Source of the DNA: an uncultured Actinomycetes bacterium
GTDB lineage: Bacteria; Actinomycetota; Thermoleophilia; UBA2241
Direction: 5' to 3'
NCBI GenBank assembly: GCA_963709345.1
Contig: CAVPVX010000007.1
Location: forward strand, 608,001 to 672,000
Length of the DNA: 64,000 bases
The position numbers and the translations under genes were made by a program. Shown piece after piece: positions 39,164 to 48,084 of this stretch. The notes beneath the pieces are model-generated. The model did not search any database and was not told the DNA's origin. It saw only the letters and a program-made list of their open reading frames with translations. The stretch's first letter is position 1. The number at the start of each line of letters is the position of its first letter.

Positions 39164-40150
39164 TCAGGAGGCGGATGCCTCGCGCAGGTACTCGGAGATA
39201 TCCTTGAACCGCATGGTGTCGCCGGCGGCGGTACTCAGGTTGACGAAGCACATGGGGCACATCGTGACGCACTCGGGCGCGGCGGCTCGCAGCTGCTCGA
39301 CGCGCTTCTGCGCGTTGGCGGCCGCCTTCTGCGGGTAGAGTGACTCGACGGGGCCGCCGCAGCACCAGGTCTGGCGACCCGCGTACTCCGGGTCGAGGAC
39401 GGTGACGCCGGCGGCCGCAAGCAGCTCGCGCGGCTCGTCGACGACGCCCTCGTAGCGGGCGAAGACGCAGGAGTCGTGCAGCACGACTTCAGCGGGGGAG
39501 ATGCCGGCGCGTTTGCCGCCGCTTCCGTTGCCGCCGAAGTCCCTCTCCGCCAGCACCTCGAGGTAGCTCTTCACCTCGACGTCGTACCCCTTGAGGATCT
39601 TGGGATACACGGTGCGAAGCATCGTCGTGGTGTGCGGGTCGACGGTGATCACGGTCTTCACGGCGTGCTTCTTGAACACCGCGTGGACCTTCTTGGCGTG
39701 CTCGACGACGACCTCGTCGAGCCCGAGATCGTAGGCCAGGGCGCCCGAGTACAGGTCGTCCTCGTAGAGAGCGCCGAACTCGACGCCGGCGTCGCGGAGC
39801 AGATGCACGACATTGATCGGCACCTGATCGTAGCGGGCGCGCTCCTTCGCCGAGGGGCGCGCCATGAACGCCGAGATGTTGACGAACCGGTTCACCTTTC
39901 GACCGAGGCCGGTGTACTTGGCCAGCCATGAGTCGCCGAACTTCACCTCGGCCTTGACGAGGCCTTCGATGTACGGGATGAGCTGGTACATCATCCCCGT
40001 GTAGAGCACGGTCGCGCCGCCGCGCGGGAGGCCGAGGCCCTCGGTCCACTTGGTCGCCACCTTGGGGGACAGCGGCAGCACCGACTTGCGCAGGCGCAGG
40101 TTGTCGCCGAGGATGCCGATCACGTCGCCGGTCGGGAGAGGCATCGTCAT
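39164..40150 (-). CDS. CCG-domain Fe-S protein (HdrB/HdrD-like) with only the C-terminal CCG intact
   Basis: HDSC..WCCGG..MCPMC; the first repeat is degenerate (YTGM, DLYSG, VDPHT). Confidence 0.85.
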   Translation of the reverse strand: MTMPLPTGDVIGILGDNLRLRKSVLPLSPKVATKWTEGLGLPRGGATVLYTGMMYQLIPYIEGLVKAEVKFGDSWLAKYTGLGRKVNRFVNISAFMARPSAKERARYDQVPINVVHLLRDAGVEFGALYEDDLYSGALAYDLGLDEVVVEHAKKVHAVFKKHAVKTVITVDPHTTTMLRTVYPKILKGYDVEVKSYLEVLAERDFGGNGSGGKRAGISPAEVVLHDSCVFARYEGVVDEPRELLAAAGVTVLDPEYAGRQTWCCGGPVESLYPQKAAANAQKRVEQLRAAAPECVTMCPMCFVNLSTAAGDTMRFKDISEYLREASAS

Positions 40151-40461
40151 CCCTCCCCGTGGCCGAACGTCGTACGGACGATGTGATGCCGGAGCGTGCG
40201 CACGTTCTCGGCGATGTGTACGCCGGACGGGCAGTTCTCCTCGCACATCTTGCACAGCAGACAGGAGAAGACGCTCTCCGTCTCCTCCCGAACCTTGTCC
40301 TCCATGCCGAGAAGCACGTGGCGGAACAGCTTGCGCACCTCGACGTCGACACCCATCGGGCAGATGGCGGAGCACACCCCGCAGTTCATGCAGGCGTCGG
40401 CGTTGAACTCATCAGAGCACGCCAGTTCCGTCGCCAGCCCGGGGTTCACGAGAGCAGTCAT
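40147..40461 (-). CDS. HdrC-like 2x[4Fe-4S] protein
   Basis: CMNCGVCSAICP and CLLCKMCEENCP. Confidence 0.88.
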   Translation of the reverse strand: MTALVNPGLATELACSDEFNADACMNCGVCSAICPMGVDVEVRKLFRHVLLGMEDKVREETESVFSCLLCKMCEENCPSGVHIAENVRTLRHHIVRTTFGHGEG

Positions 40462-40751
40462 TTGCCCTCCCTCTCCACCACTTGATAGCGGTAGTAGCCG
40501 TCGTCGGTGACTTCTTTGATCTCGGCGAGCCAGCCGTACTTGCGCAGGCCCATGACCCAGAACATCACCTCATGGGTCGGGCGCTCGACGGCGGCCGCGA
40601 TCTCGGGCACCGTGAGCGGTCCGTCTTCAAGCGCTGCGAGGATGCGGCGGCGCATGACCTGCTCGTCGCGGACGACCTCACGGACGTCGCGTTGTCCTGG
40701 AGCGGCGTCCCGGATCACGGGTCGCCGGCCTGACCCGGTGGTCTGCGTCAT
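40458..40751 (-). CDS. Small winged-helix protein within the hdr operon
   Basis: ILAALEDGPLTVPEIA...GLRKYG...YYRY; overlaps both neighbours. Confidence 0.8.
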   Translation of the reverse strand: MTQTTGSGRRPVIRDAAPGQRDVREVVRDEQVMRRRILAALEDGPLTVPEIAAAVERPTHEVMFWVMGLRKYGWLAEIKEVTDDGYYRYQVVEREGK

Positions 40752-42487
40752 GAGCAGCTCACCTCCATCATGCCGTCGATCATCGATCTGATCTGGGCGT
40801 CGGTGTAGCCCTGCAGGTCGGTCGCGTCCACGGGGCAGACGGGCACGCAGCCGCCGCAGCCCTTGCACGCCGTCTTGATGACCTGCGCCACCTGTTTGCC
40901 GTCCATCTCGACCTGCTCGATGGCGTCGTAGGGACACGCCTCAAGACACTTGCCGCACCAGGTGCAGGCGGCGGTGTCGACGATGGCGACCATCGGGTCG
41001 AGCTCGGCGTAACCGCGCTTGAGCATGGCGCCACTGTGCGTGACGGCGGCGAGGCCGCTGGCGACCGCCTCGGCCGAGTTCTTCGGCGACTGGCAGGAGC
41101 CACAGATGGTGACGCCGTCCACGATGGTCTCCACCGGGCGCAGCTTGGGGTGGATCTCGTTGTAGAAGCCGTCGTTGCCGACCGGCAGCTTGAGTACGCT
41201 GACGAGCTCGCCGTTCTCGCGCGGTACCATGCCGGTGACGAGCACGACGAGGTCGGCGGGTATGGCGACTTCTTCGCCCCCGGTGAGCAGGTCCTTCGTG
41301 GTGACCTTGAGACCGCCGGACGGGAGCTTCTCCACCTCCGGCGGTTCGTCGTCCGGCATGCGCAGATACAGCGAGCCCTTCTCACGCGACTCGTTCCAGA
41401 GCAGCTCGTACTTGCCGTAGGTGCGGATGTCGCGGTAGAGGTGGTACTGGCGCAGTCCGGCGAGGCCCTTCTCGGCCGCCTTGAGCGCAGCGTGCACGGC
41501 GGCTGTGCAGCAGTAGCGCGAGCAGTAGGTGTGAGCGCCTTCGACGCTCTCGTCCTGGCGACTGCCGACGCAGTAGATGTAGGCGATGGTCTTGACGGGC
41601 CGGCCGTTGTACTCGAGCGAACCGGCCGCTTCATCCACCATCTTCTTGAACTCCGGCAGAGTGACGACACCGTCCAGGCCGTAGCCGAACTCGCCGGCCG
41701 CCGGCTCGTAGGTGTCCGCGCCGGTGGCGACGATGATCGAGCCCACGTCGACCTGGACGGTCTCGAGCTGCTCGCCGTGGATGGCGATCGTCACCTGGTT
41801 GTTGCCGAAGCTGCCGCTCTTGGCCATCAGCTCGGCGTTCGTGTACACGGTGATCGCCGGATGAGCGCGCACCTTCTCTTCGAGGGTCGCGATCAGCTCG
41901 GCGCCCTTGCGCTCGTTCGGGTACATCTCGGCGAATCCGGCGACGCGGCCGCCGAGCTGCGGCTCCTTCTCGACGAGGAATACGCCGAGGCCGATCTCGG
42001 CCAAGCCGAGGGCGGCGCGCAGGCCGGCCACCCCGCCGCCCACCACAAGGCTTCTCGGCGTCGTCTCGACGACGATCGGCTCGAGCGGCTCGGTGAGGCG
42101 CGTCCGGTTGATTCCGGCGCGGACGAGCCGCACCGCCTTCTCGGTCGCGCCCGTATGGTCGTCGGTGTGCGTCCACGAGCACTGCTCGCGGACGTTGACC
42201 TGCGTGTACTGGAACGGGTTCATGCCGGCGCGCTTGGCCACGTCACGGAAGGTGACCGTGTGCAGCTTGGGCGAGCACGAGGCGACGACGAGCGCGTCGA
42301 GGCCCTGCTCCTCCGCGTCCTGCACGATCTCCTGCTGGGTCGCGTCGGAACAGGTGAACATGGCGGAGCGGGCGACGACGACGTCGTCGTCTCCCTTGAT
42401 CTCCTCGACGACCTTGTCGACGTCGACGTAGTCGCCGATGTTGCCGCCGCACTGACAGACGTACACGCCGATCTTGCGGCCGCTCAT
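40748..42487 (-). CDS. hdrA: Heterodisulfide reductase subunit A-like flavoprotein
   Basis: IGVYVCQCGGNI, ASCSP, NVREQCSW, GGGVAG, CVGSR, CSRYCC and HPKLRP motifs; C-terminal 2x[4Fe-4S]. Confidence 0.92.
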   Translation of the reverse strand: MSGRKIGVYVCQCGGNIGDYVDVDKVVEEIKGDDDVVVARSAMFTCSDATQQEIVQDAEEQGLDALVVASCSPKLHTVTFRDVAKRAGMNPFQYTQVNVREQCSWTHTDDHTGATEKAVRLVRAGINRTRLTEPLEPIVVETTPRSLVVGGGVAGLRAALGLAEIGLGVFLVEKEPQLGGRVAGFAEMYPNERKGAELIATLEEKVRAHPAITVYTNAELMAKSGSFGNNQVTIAIHGEQLETVQVDVGSIIVATGADTYEPAAGEFGYGLDGVVTLPEFKKMVDEAAGSLEYNGRPVKTIAYIYCVGSRQDESVEGAHTYCSRYCCTAAVHAALKAAEKGLAGLRQYHLYRDIRTYGKYELLWNESREKGSLYLRMPDDEPPEVEKLPSGGLKVTTKDLLTGGEEVAIPADLVVLVTGMVPRENGELVSVLKLPVGNDGFYNEIHPKLRPVETIVDGVTICGSCQSPKNSAEAVASGLAAVTHSGAMLKRGYAELDPMVAIVDTAACTWCGKCLEACPYDAIEQVEMDGKQVAQVIKTACKGCGGCVPVCPVDATDLQGYTDAQIRSMIDGMMEVSCS

Positions 42488-45255
42488 GCCTTCACCTTCA
42501 CTTTCGACTCTTCCGCGACTTTCGCTCTCTCCAGATGAGCAGCGGCCTGTGCGACCGCGGCGCCCGCGTGGAGAATGGAGTCGGGGATGTCCTTGGCCCC
42601 GGCGGCCGCGCCCGCGACGAACACGCCGGGGAGGTTGGTGCGGCCGGGGTCCATGTCTTCGTCGGCTTCGCCGACGTAGTAGTAGTCGTCGAGCGCCAGG
42701 GCCTCGCCGGCGCCGTCGAAAAGCTCGGCGACGCCGCGACCGGGCTGGACGCCGACCGCGAGCACGACCATGTCGTGCTCCGTCTCGACGAGCGCGCTGC
42801 CGTTCTCGATGTCCTCGTAGCGGAGCGTGAGGTTGCCTTCGTCGGTCTCGGTGATACCCGAGACGCGGCCCTTCACGAAGTTGGCGCCCATGTCTTTGGC
42901 CTGCTCGTAGAACTCGTCGTACCCCTTGCCCACGGAGCGTACGTCGATGTAGTAGACGGTGACGTCGGCGAGCGGCAGGGCGCCCATGATGAGCTGGTTC
43001 TGCTTGACCGAGTACATGCAGCAGATCTTGGAGCACAGCGGGTTGTCCACGGTGTCGTCGCGGGACCCGGTGCACAGGATGTAGGCGATGTTGTCCGGCA
43101 CCTTGCCGTCGCTGGGGCGAAGCACGGCGTTGTACGGCCGGGTCGGCGCCAGCAGGCGGTCCATCTGCATGCCGGTGACGACGTTCTTGTAGCGGCCGAA
43201 TCCGTACTGCGGCTTCGCGTCGGCCGGGAAGAGGTTGAAGCCCGTGGCCAGGACCACGCTGCCGAACTCCGCCTCGATCTCCTTCTCGCGCATGCTGAAG
43301 TCGATGCAGTCGGCGGGGCAGATGTCCACGCACGCGTGGCACTCGGAGCAGACACCGCAGTCGAGGCAGCGGCTCGCGCTGTGCAGCGCCTCTTCCTCGG
43401 TCATCGTCTGCTCGTCCTCGTAGAACTCGCCCGGCGCAAGTGTCACGGTCTCCCGCGGGTTGAGAGGCTCGATGCGGCTGTACGTCGCCTGCCGCCTCAG
43501 AACGGCCTCCTTGTCCACCATCGGCAGAGGGCCGTCGAATGCCGCGGGATCCAGCTCCAGGCCCTGGAGGAAGCGGTCGATCATGAAGGCCGCCCGCCAG
43601 CCCTGGCCGGCGGCGGAAGTGATCATCGAGGGGCCGGAGACGACGTCGCCGGCGGCAAACACGCGAGGCACGCTGGTCTGCAGGGTGCCCGGATCCGCCT
43701 TGATCGTCCCGGTGCTGTTGATGGGGAGACCGAAGGCGCCCGCGTCGGGTCTCATGCCCGCGGCGACGACCACGAGGTCGCACTCAAGGCTTCCGAGGGT
43801 CTCGTCCTCATACTGCGGGCTGAAGCTGCCCTCCTCGTCGAACACCGAGACGCAACGCAGGAGCTCGACGCTGCGCACGGCGTCGCCGCCGCTGAACTGA
43901 CGCACCCCGCACGAGTTCTGGAAGGCGACGCCCTCCTGGCGAGCCTCCTCGACCTCCCAGGCATGCGCGGGCATCTGCTCGTGGGCTTCGAGGCTCGCCA
44001 CCTGTACCGATGCGGCCTTCAGCCGCAGCGCGGTGCGCGCCGCATCGAGGGCGACGTTGCCGCCTCCGACCACAACGACACGCTTGCCCTCGACGTCCAG
44101 CTCTTCGCCAAGCTTGGCGGCGCGGAGGAAGTCGGCGGAGCGCATGACGCCGCGAAGATCCTCGCCGGGCACGCCGAGCTTCGTGCCGAGGTGCGTACCC
44201 ACAGCCACGAGCACGGCGTCGTAGCCTGCCTCCTTCAACTCGTCCAGATCCTCGACGCGCGAGTCCGTCTCTATCACCACGCCGGCCGCCGTCACATTCG
44301 CGAGGTCCTGGTCGACGACTTCGTTCGGGAGGCGGTACGGCGGGAGCGCCAGACGCAGCAGACCACCCGGCTGAGACGCGGCTTCGAAGACCTTCACCCC
44401 GTAGCCCTTGCGGGCCAGATGCCAGGCCGCGGTCACACCGGCCGGGCCGGAGCCGATCACCGCCACCTTCTTACCGTTGGGATCCGCGATCTTGACGCTC
44501 GTCTCGCCCTTGGCGTAGTGAGTGTCTGCGATGAAGCGCTTGAGGCGGCGGATGGAGAGGGATCCCTCCAGATCGCCCCGCATGCACTCAGCCTCGCACG
44601 GGGCGTAGCACGCCCGGCCGAGGCTGCCGACCAGCGGCGTCGCCTCGCAGACAAGGTCGAACGCCTTCTCGTACTCGCCGCTGCGTATGAGCGCGACATA
44701 GCCGTGCGCCTTGATGCCCGCAGGGCACTCGTAGCTGCACGGCGAGACGCCCTCGCGGCTGATCACGGCCTTCTTCGGCACCGCCTGGGGGAAGGCGATG
44801 TACGCCGCCCGCCGCGACACCATGTCGGCGTTGAACTCGTCGGGGACGGCGACGCTGCAGGCCATCTCGCACTGGCGACAGCCGGTGCAGGCGACCTCGT
44901 CGACGTATTTCGGCTTCTGCAGGATCCGGGCGTGATAGGTGCCGTCGCCGTTGGCGCGGATGCCCTCGACCTCGGCGTACGTGAGTACGTCGATGTTGGG
45001 GTGGTGGATGGTCGCGGCCATCTTGGGGGTGGAGATGCAGCTGGCGCAGTCGAGCGTCGGGAACACCTTGCTGAGCAGGATCATCTTGCCGCCGACGCTG
45101 GCGTCCTTCTCGACGACGAGGACCTTGTAGCCCATGTCGCCGAGCTTGAGCGCCGACTCCATACCGCCGATGCCGCTGCCGACCACCAGAGCGTCGTACT
45201 TGAGCGCTGCACCTTCGGCGCCCCGCTCGATAGCTTCGCTTCGTTGGCTGTTCAT
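42484..45255 (-). CDS. HdrL-like protein: HdrA with an inserted GltD-type NAD(P)H oxidoreductase module
   Basis: GSGIGG, FPTLDCASC and an inserted ferredoxin; CPAG, GRACYAPCE, GSGPAG, GGGNVALD and RCLDC; then CTGSR and CSKICCMYSVK. Confidence 0.9.
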   Translation of the reverse strand: MNSQRSEAIERGAEGAALKYDALVVGSGIGGMESALKLGDMGYKVLVVEKDASVGGKMILLSKVFPTLDCASCISTPKMAATIHHPNIDVLTYAEVEGIRANGDGTYHARILQKPKYVDEVACTGCRQCEMACSVAVPDEFNADMVSRRAAYIAFPQAVPKKAVISREGVSPCSYECPAGIKAHGYVALIRSGEYEKAFDLVCEATPLVGSLGRACYAPCEAECMRGDLEGSLSIRRLKRFIADTHYAKGETSVKIADPNGKKVAVIGSGPAGVTAAWHLARKGYGVKVFEAASQPGGLLRLALPPYRLPNEVVDQDLANVTAAGVVIETDSRVEDLDELKEAGYDAVLVAVGTHLGTKLGVPGEDLRGVMRSADFLRAAKLGEELDVEGKRVVVVGGGNVALDAARTALRLKAASVQVASLEAHEQMPAHAWEVEEARQEGVAFQNSCGVRQFSGGDAVRSVELLRCVSVFDEEGSFSPQYEDETLGSLECDLVVVAAGMRPDAGAFGLPINSTGTIKADPGTLQTSVPRVFAAGDVVSGPSMITSAAGQGWRAAFMIDRFLQGLELDPAAFDGPLPMVDKEAVLRRQATYSRIEPLNPRETVTLAPGEFYEDEQTMTEEEALHSASRCLDCGVCSECHACVDICPADCIDFSMREKEIEAEFGSVVLATGFNLFPADAKPQYGFGRYKNVVTGMQMDRLLAPTRPYNAVLRPSDGKVPDNIAYILCTGSRDDTVDNPLCSKICCMYSVKQNQLIMGALPLADVTVYYIDVRSVGKGYDEFYEQAKDMGANFVKGRVSGITETDEGNLTLRYEDIENGSALVETEHDMVVLAVGVQPGRGVAELFDGAGEALALDDYYYVGEADEDMDPGRTNLPGVFVAGAAAGAKDIPDSILHAGAAVAQAAAHLERAKVAEESKVKVKA

Positions 45256-45692
45256 GCGGTCGCCTTCCGGGTCGTCGGTCCCAAGCCGGAGAGGGACTCC
45301 GAGTATTCGTGCATGTAGTTGGTGAAGGGCTCCGCGCAGACGGAACAGATCGCGGCCATGCGCACTCTCTGCGGCTCGTAGCCCCTCTCGACCAGCAGTG
45401 CCTGCGCGTCCATCATGATCTTGGCGGTGCGCTGGCTGCAGTCGGGCAGGAACGCGCACTCCTCGCCGTCGGCGGCGATGAAGACTCCGTCGAAACCCTG
45501 CTCCATGGCGTAGAGGATCCAGCTCGGCTTGATACCACTGGTGCACGGAACGCTGATCACCATGACCTTGGGCGAGTAGTGCATGTGCGAACTGCCGGCC
45601 AGGTCGATGCCCGGGTCGGAGATGTTGTTGGTGCTGAAGACCAGGATGCGCGGGGAATATGCCTGATCGTCGAGTGCGGCAGTCTCGGCCAT
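45252..45692 (-). CDS. MvhD/FlpD-like Fe-S subunit (atypical Cys pattern)
   Basis: ILVF....SDPGIDLAG, VPC, GFDGVF and RVRM motifs; N-terminal CxxC absent, C-terminal CSVC present. Confidence 0.85.
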   Translation of the reverse strand: MAETAALDDQAYSPRILVFSTNNISDPGIDLAGSSHMHYSPKVMVISVPCTSGIKPSWILYAMEQGFDGVFIAADGEECAFLPDCSQRTAKIMMDAQALLVERGYEPQRVRMAAICSVCAEPFTNYMHEYSESLSGLGPTTRKATA

Positions 45693-45694
45693 CG

Positions 45695-45946
45695 TCACTT
45701 CATCTTCTTCACGAAGAGGCGCATGAAGCCCGGCTCCTCGACCACGCCCAGATACTCGTGACCCATCTTCTTGGACCACGCCGGGAGGTCCTTGGTCGTG
45801 CCGCTGTCGGTCGCCTGGACCTCCATCACGCCGCCTACGGAGACGCTGGGAATGCCCTTCTTGGCGGCCAGGATGGGACCAGGGCACGAGGTGCCTCGCG
45901 CGTCGACGACTTTCTCTACCTGGATGTTGGCGAGGTCTTCGGACAT
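45695..45946 (-). CDS. tusA: TusA/SirA family sulfur carrier
   Basis: VDARGTSCPGP (CPxP persulfide Cys) and D.G...DLPAW motifs. Confidence 0.92.
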   Translation of the reverse strand: MSEDLANIQVEKVVDARGTSCPGPILAAKKGIPSVSVGGVMEVQATDSGTTKDLPAWSKKMGHEYLGVVEEPGFMRLFVKKMK

Positions 45947-45990
45947 GATGGTCTCCTTCGTGCTTGCTAGACTGGATTCGACGCTTGTGC

Positions 45991-46008
45991 TTGTGATTTC
46001 TTTCTCAA
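45991..46008. promoter_or_regulatory. Rex-like operator upstream of tusA
   Basis: TTGTGAT-TTCT-TTCTCAA, two mismatches to TTGTGAA-N4-TTCACAA, in an AT-rich intergenic patch. Confidence 0.65.
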
Positions 46009-46083
46009 TCCAAGGGCCGGTGAGCCCCTCTTCAATGTGCTGACGGAGCGGTGTCCTGCCGCGTGGCCGGCGGCTTCGGTGTC

Positions 46084-46512
46084 TCACACCTGAGGCGCCA
46101 CCGGCGCATCCGGCGCCCCAGTCCCATCCGGCCGGGCACGCGCGGCATCGAGGAACTCGGCGACCTGCAGCGATTCACCCTGTGCGACGTGCTGCTCCAC
46201 CAGCGCCTCGCGGATGAGGGCGCACGCCTCCATGAATTTGCGGTTCGTGACGCGGTAGTACACGGTCTGAGCCTCTTTGCGCGACGCCACGAGCCGGCGC
46301 TCTTTGAGCACGCGCAGGTGCTGCGAGACGTTGTGGACCGAGATACCGACCTCCTCGGCGAGGTCGCCCACGCACTTCTCCTCGTCGCAGATGGCGTGCA
46401 GGATCGCCTGACGATGCTCGTTCGCGAGAGCCCGACAGAGGTCTGCATGCATCCGAAAGAGCGGCTTGAGATCCGGCGCGGCGGGCGTGTCACTGTCGTT
46501 GCATACTTGCAT
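46084..46512 (-). CDS. ArsR/SmtB family transcriptional regulator
   Basis: ALANEHR..IL, CVGDLA, VSQHLRVL and VYYR motifs; Cys residues in several helices. Confidence 0.92.
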   Translation of the reverse strand: MQVCNDSDTPAAPDLKPLFRMHADLCRALANEHRQAILHAICDEEKCVGDLAEEVGISVHNVSQHLRVLKERRLVASRKEAQTVYYRVTNRKFMEACALIREALVEQHVAQGESLQVAEFLDAARARPDGTGAPDAPVAPQV

Positions 46513-46516
46513 ACTT

Positions 46517-46564
46517 ACATATATACGCTATAGATGTCGCGCCGTCAAGTGCAGTCATTCACAA
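46517..46564 (-). promoter_or_regulatory. arsR promoter (TTGACG-17-TATATA) with an ArsR-type inverted repeat and a Rex-like box
   Basis: ACATATATA-cgc-TATAGATGT at 46517-46537; minus strand TTGTGAA-TGAC-TGCACTT at 46564-46547 overlaps the -35. Confidence 0.65.
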
Positions 46565-46678
46565 GCCTGGCGCGCGCGTATTCTCGCCCGCCGGGCGGCG
46601 AGCTCGGTGTGCGTCCTGGGCGCCTTCTCCCACAGGCGCTCCCGCATCCGGCGCCGTGGCCGGCCCGGCAACGCAAGA

Positions 46679-46709
46679 GGGGCGGGCGGCCCTTCCGGCC
46701 GCCCGCCCC
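46679..46709 (-). terminator. Terminator hairpin after rplQ
   Basis: GGGGCGGGCGGCC-loop-GGCCGCCCGCCCC followed by TCTTGCGTT on the minus strand. Confidence 0.7.
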
Positions 46710-46738
46710 CCAAACAAGGGACGTCTGTCTGCTGCGCG

Positions 46739-47089
46739 CTACACCAGCTCGATGTACGCCTGCTCGCTGCCGTCGCCGGGGCGCGGGCCGAGCTTGATGA
46801 TGCGCGTGTACCCGCCGTGACGGTCGGCGTAGCGAGGCGCCACGTCGTTGAACAGCTTGTACACGATCTTCTTGTTGCGCAGCATGGCGATCGCCTGACG
46901 GCGCGCGTGCAGATCGCCGCGCTTGCCCAGCGTGATGGCCTCTTCGACCATCGGGCGGACTTCCTTGGCGCGCGCTACGCCGGTCTTGACCTTCTCGTGC
47001 TCGAGGACCTGGCAGGCGAGACCCGACAGCAGCGACCGCCGCTGGTCGGGAGCCATGTTGAACTTGCGGCCTGAGTTCTGATGGCGCAT
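46739..47089 (-). CDS. rplQ: 50S ribosomal protein bL17
   Basis: MRHQ...GGYTRIIKLGPRPGDG. Confidence 0.96.
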   Translation of the reverse strand: MRHQNSGRKFNMAPDQRRSLLSGLACQVLEHEKVKTGVARAKEVRPMVEEAITLGKRGDLHARRQAIAMLRNKKIVYKLFNDVAPRYADRHGGYTRIIKLGPRPGDGSEQAYIELV

Positions 47090-47090
47090 G

Positions 47091-48038
47091 TTACTCGTCA
47101 CCCCGCAAAGAGAGCCCGCGCTCGATGAGCTTTTCCTTGACCTCGTCGATGCTCTTCTTGCCGAAGTTCGGGATGTTGAGCAGCTCGGCCTCTGTCTTGG
47201 AGACCAGGTCGCCGACGGTCTGGATACCCTCGCGCTTGAGGCAATTGTAGGAACGGACGCCGAGCTCGAGCTCCTCGATGAGCACGTCGTCCATGCCGCC
47301 TCCGACCTGCATGGAGTCAAGCCCCTCGATCGGGAGCTCCTCGCTGGAACGCGTGCGGTCGGGGTCGGTGAAGATCGACATCCGGTCGACGAGGATCTCG
47401 GCGGCTTCCCTCAGCGCCTCTTCGGGCAGGAGAGCACCGTTGGTCGTGATGTCGAGTATGAGCTTGTCGTAGTCTGTACGCTGGCCGACACGGGCGCTCT
47501 CGACGTGGTACGAGACACGCTTGATGGGGCTGAAGATCGAATCCATCGGAATGACCCCGATGACCGTCTCCGGCGTCTTGTTGCCCTCAGCCTGCACGTA
47601 GCCCGTACCGCGCCTGACGGTGATCAGCATCTCGATGGCGCCGCCGTCGGAGAGCGTCGCGATCTGATGATCCGGGTTGAGGATCTCCAGCTCCGCCGGG
47701 ATGTCGACGTCGGCGGCCACGACCTTGCCGGGCTTGTCCTTGTACAAGCGGACCTGGACCTCGTCGAGCTCACCATGCAGGCGGCAGACGAGCTCCTTGA
47801 GGTTCAGGATGACGTCGGTGACGTCTTCCTTGACGCCCTTGACGGTGGTGAACTCGTGGGCGACGCCTTCGATCTTGACTGAACTGACGGCTGCGCCCTC
47901 GAGCGACGACAGCAGGACCCGGCGCAGCGCGTTGCCGAACGTATGCCCGAAACCGCGATCGAGAGGCTCGACCTCAAAGCGCGCGCGGTTGCCGGCGAGC
48001 TGCTCGCGGGTGATGTTGGGCATCTGAAACTGTAGCAA
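47091..48038 (-). CDS. rpoA: RNA polymerase alpha subunit
   Basis: [22 protein letters not shown] and VRSYNCLKR motifs; TTG start after AGGAGG. Confidence 0.97.
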   Translation of the reverse strand: MLQFQMPNITREQLAGNRARFEVEPLDRGFGHTFGNALRRVLLSSLEGAAVSSVKIEGVAHEFTTVKGVKEDVTDVILNLKELVCRLHGELDEVQVRLYKDKPGKVVAADVDIPAELEILNPDHQIATLSDGGAIEMLITVRRGTGYVQAEGNKTPETVIGVIPMDSIFSPIKRVSYHVESARVGQRTDYDKLILDITTNGALLPEEALREAAEILVDRMSIFTDPDRTRSSEELPIEGLDSMQVGGGMDDVLIEELELGVRSYNCLKREGIQTVGDLVSKTEAELLNIPNFGKKSIDEVKEKLIERGLSLRGDE

Positions 48039-48084
48039 CTGGCCTCCTGTAGACTCTTCGCCGCGGGTTAGCTGCTGCAGCGGA

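Noticed and set aside
38376-46512. Canonical methanogen HdrABC-MvhADG, sHdr or Qmo
   Set aside because: No mvhAG, lipoate-binding proteins or apr/dsrAB genes are in the window, and the subunit architecture differs.
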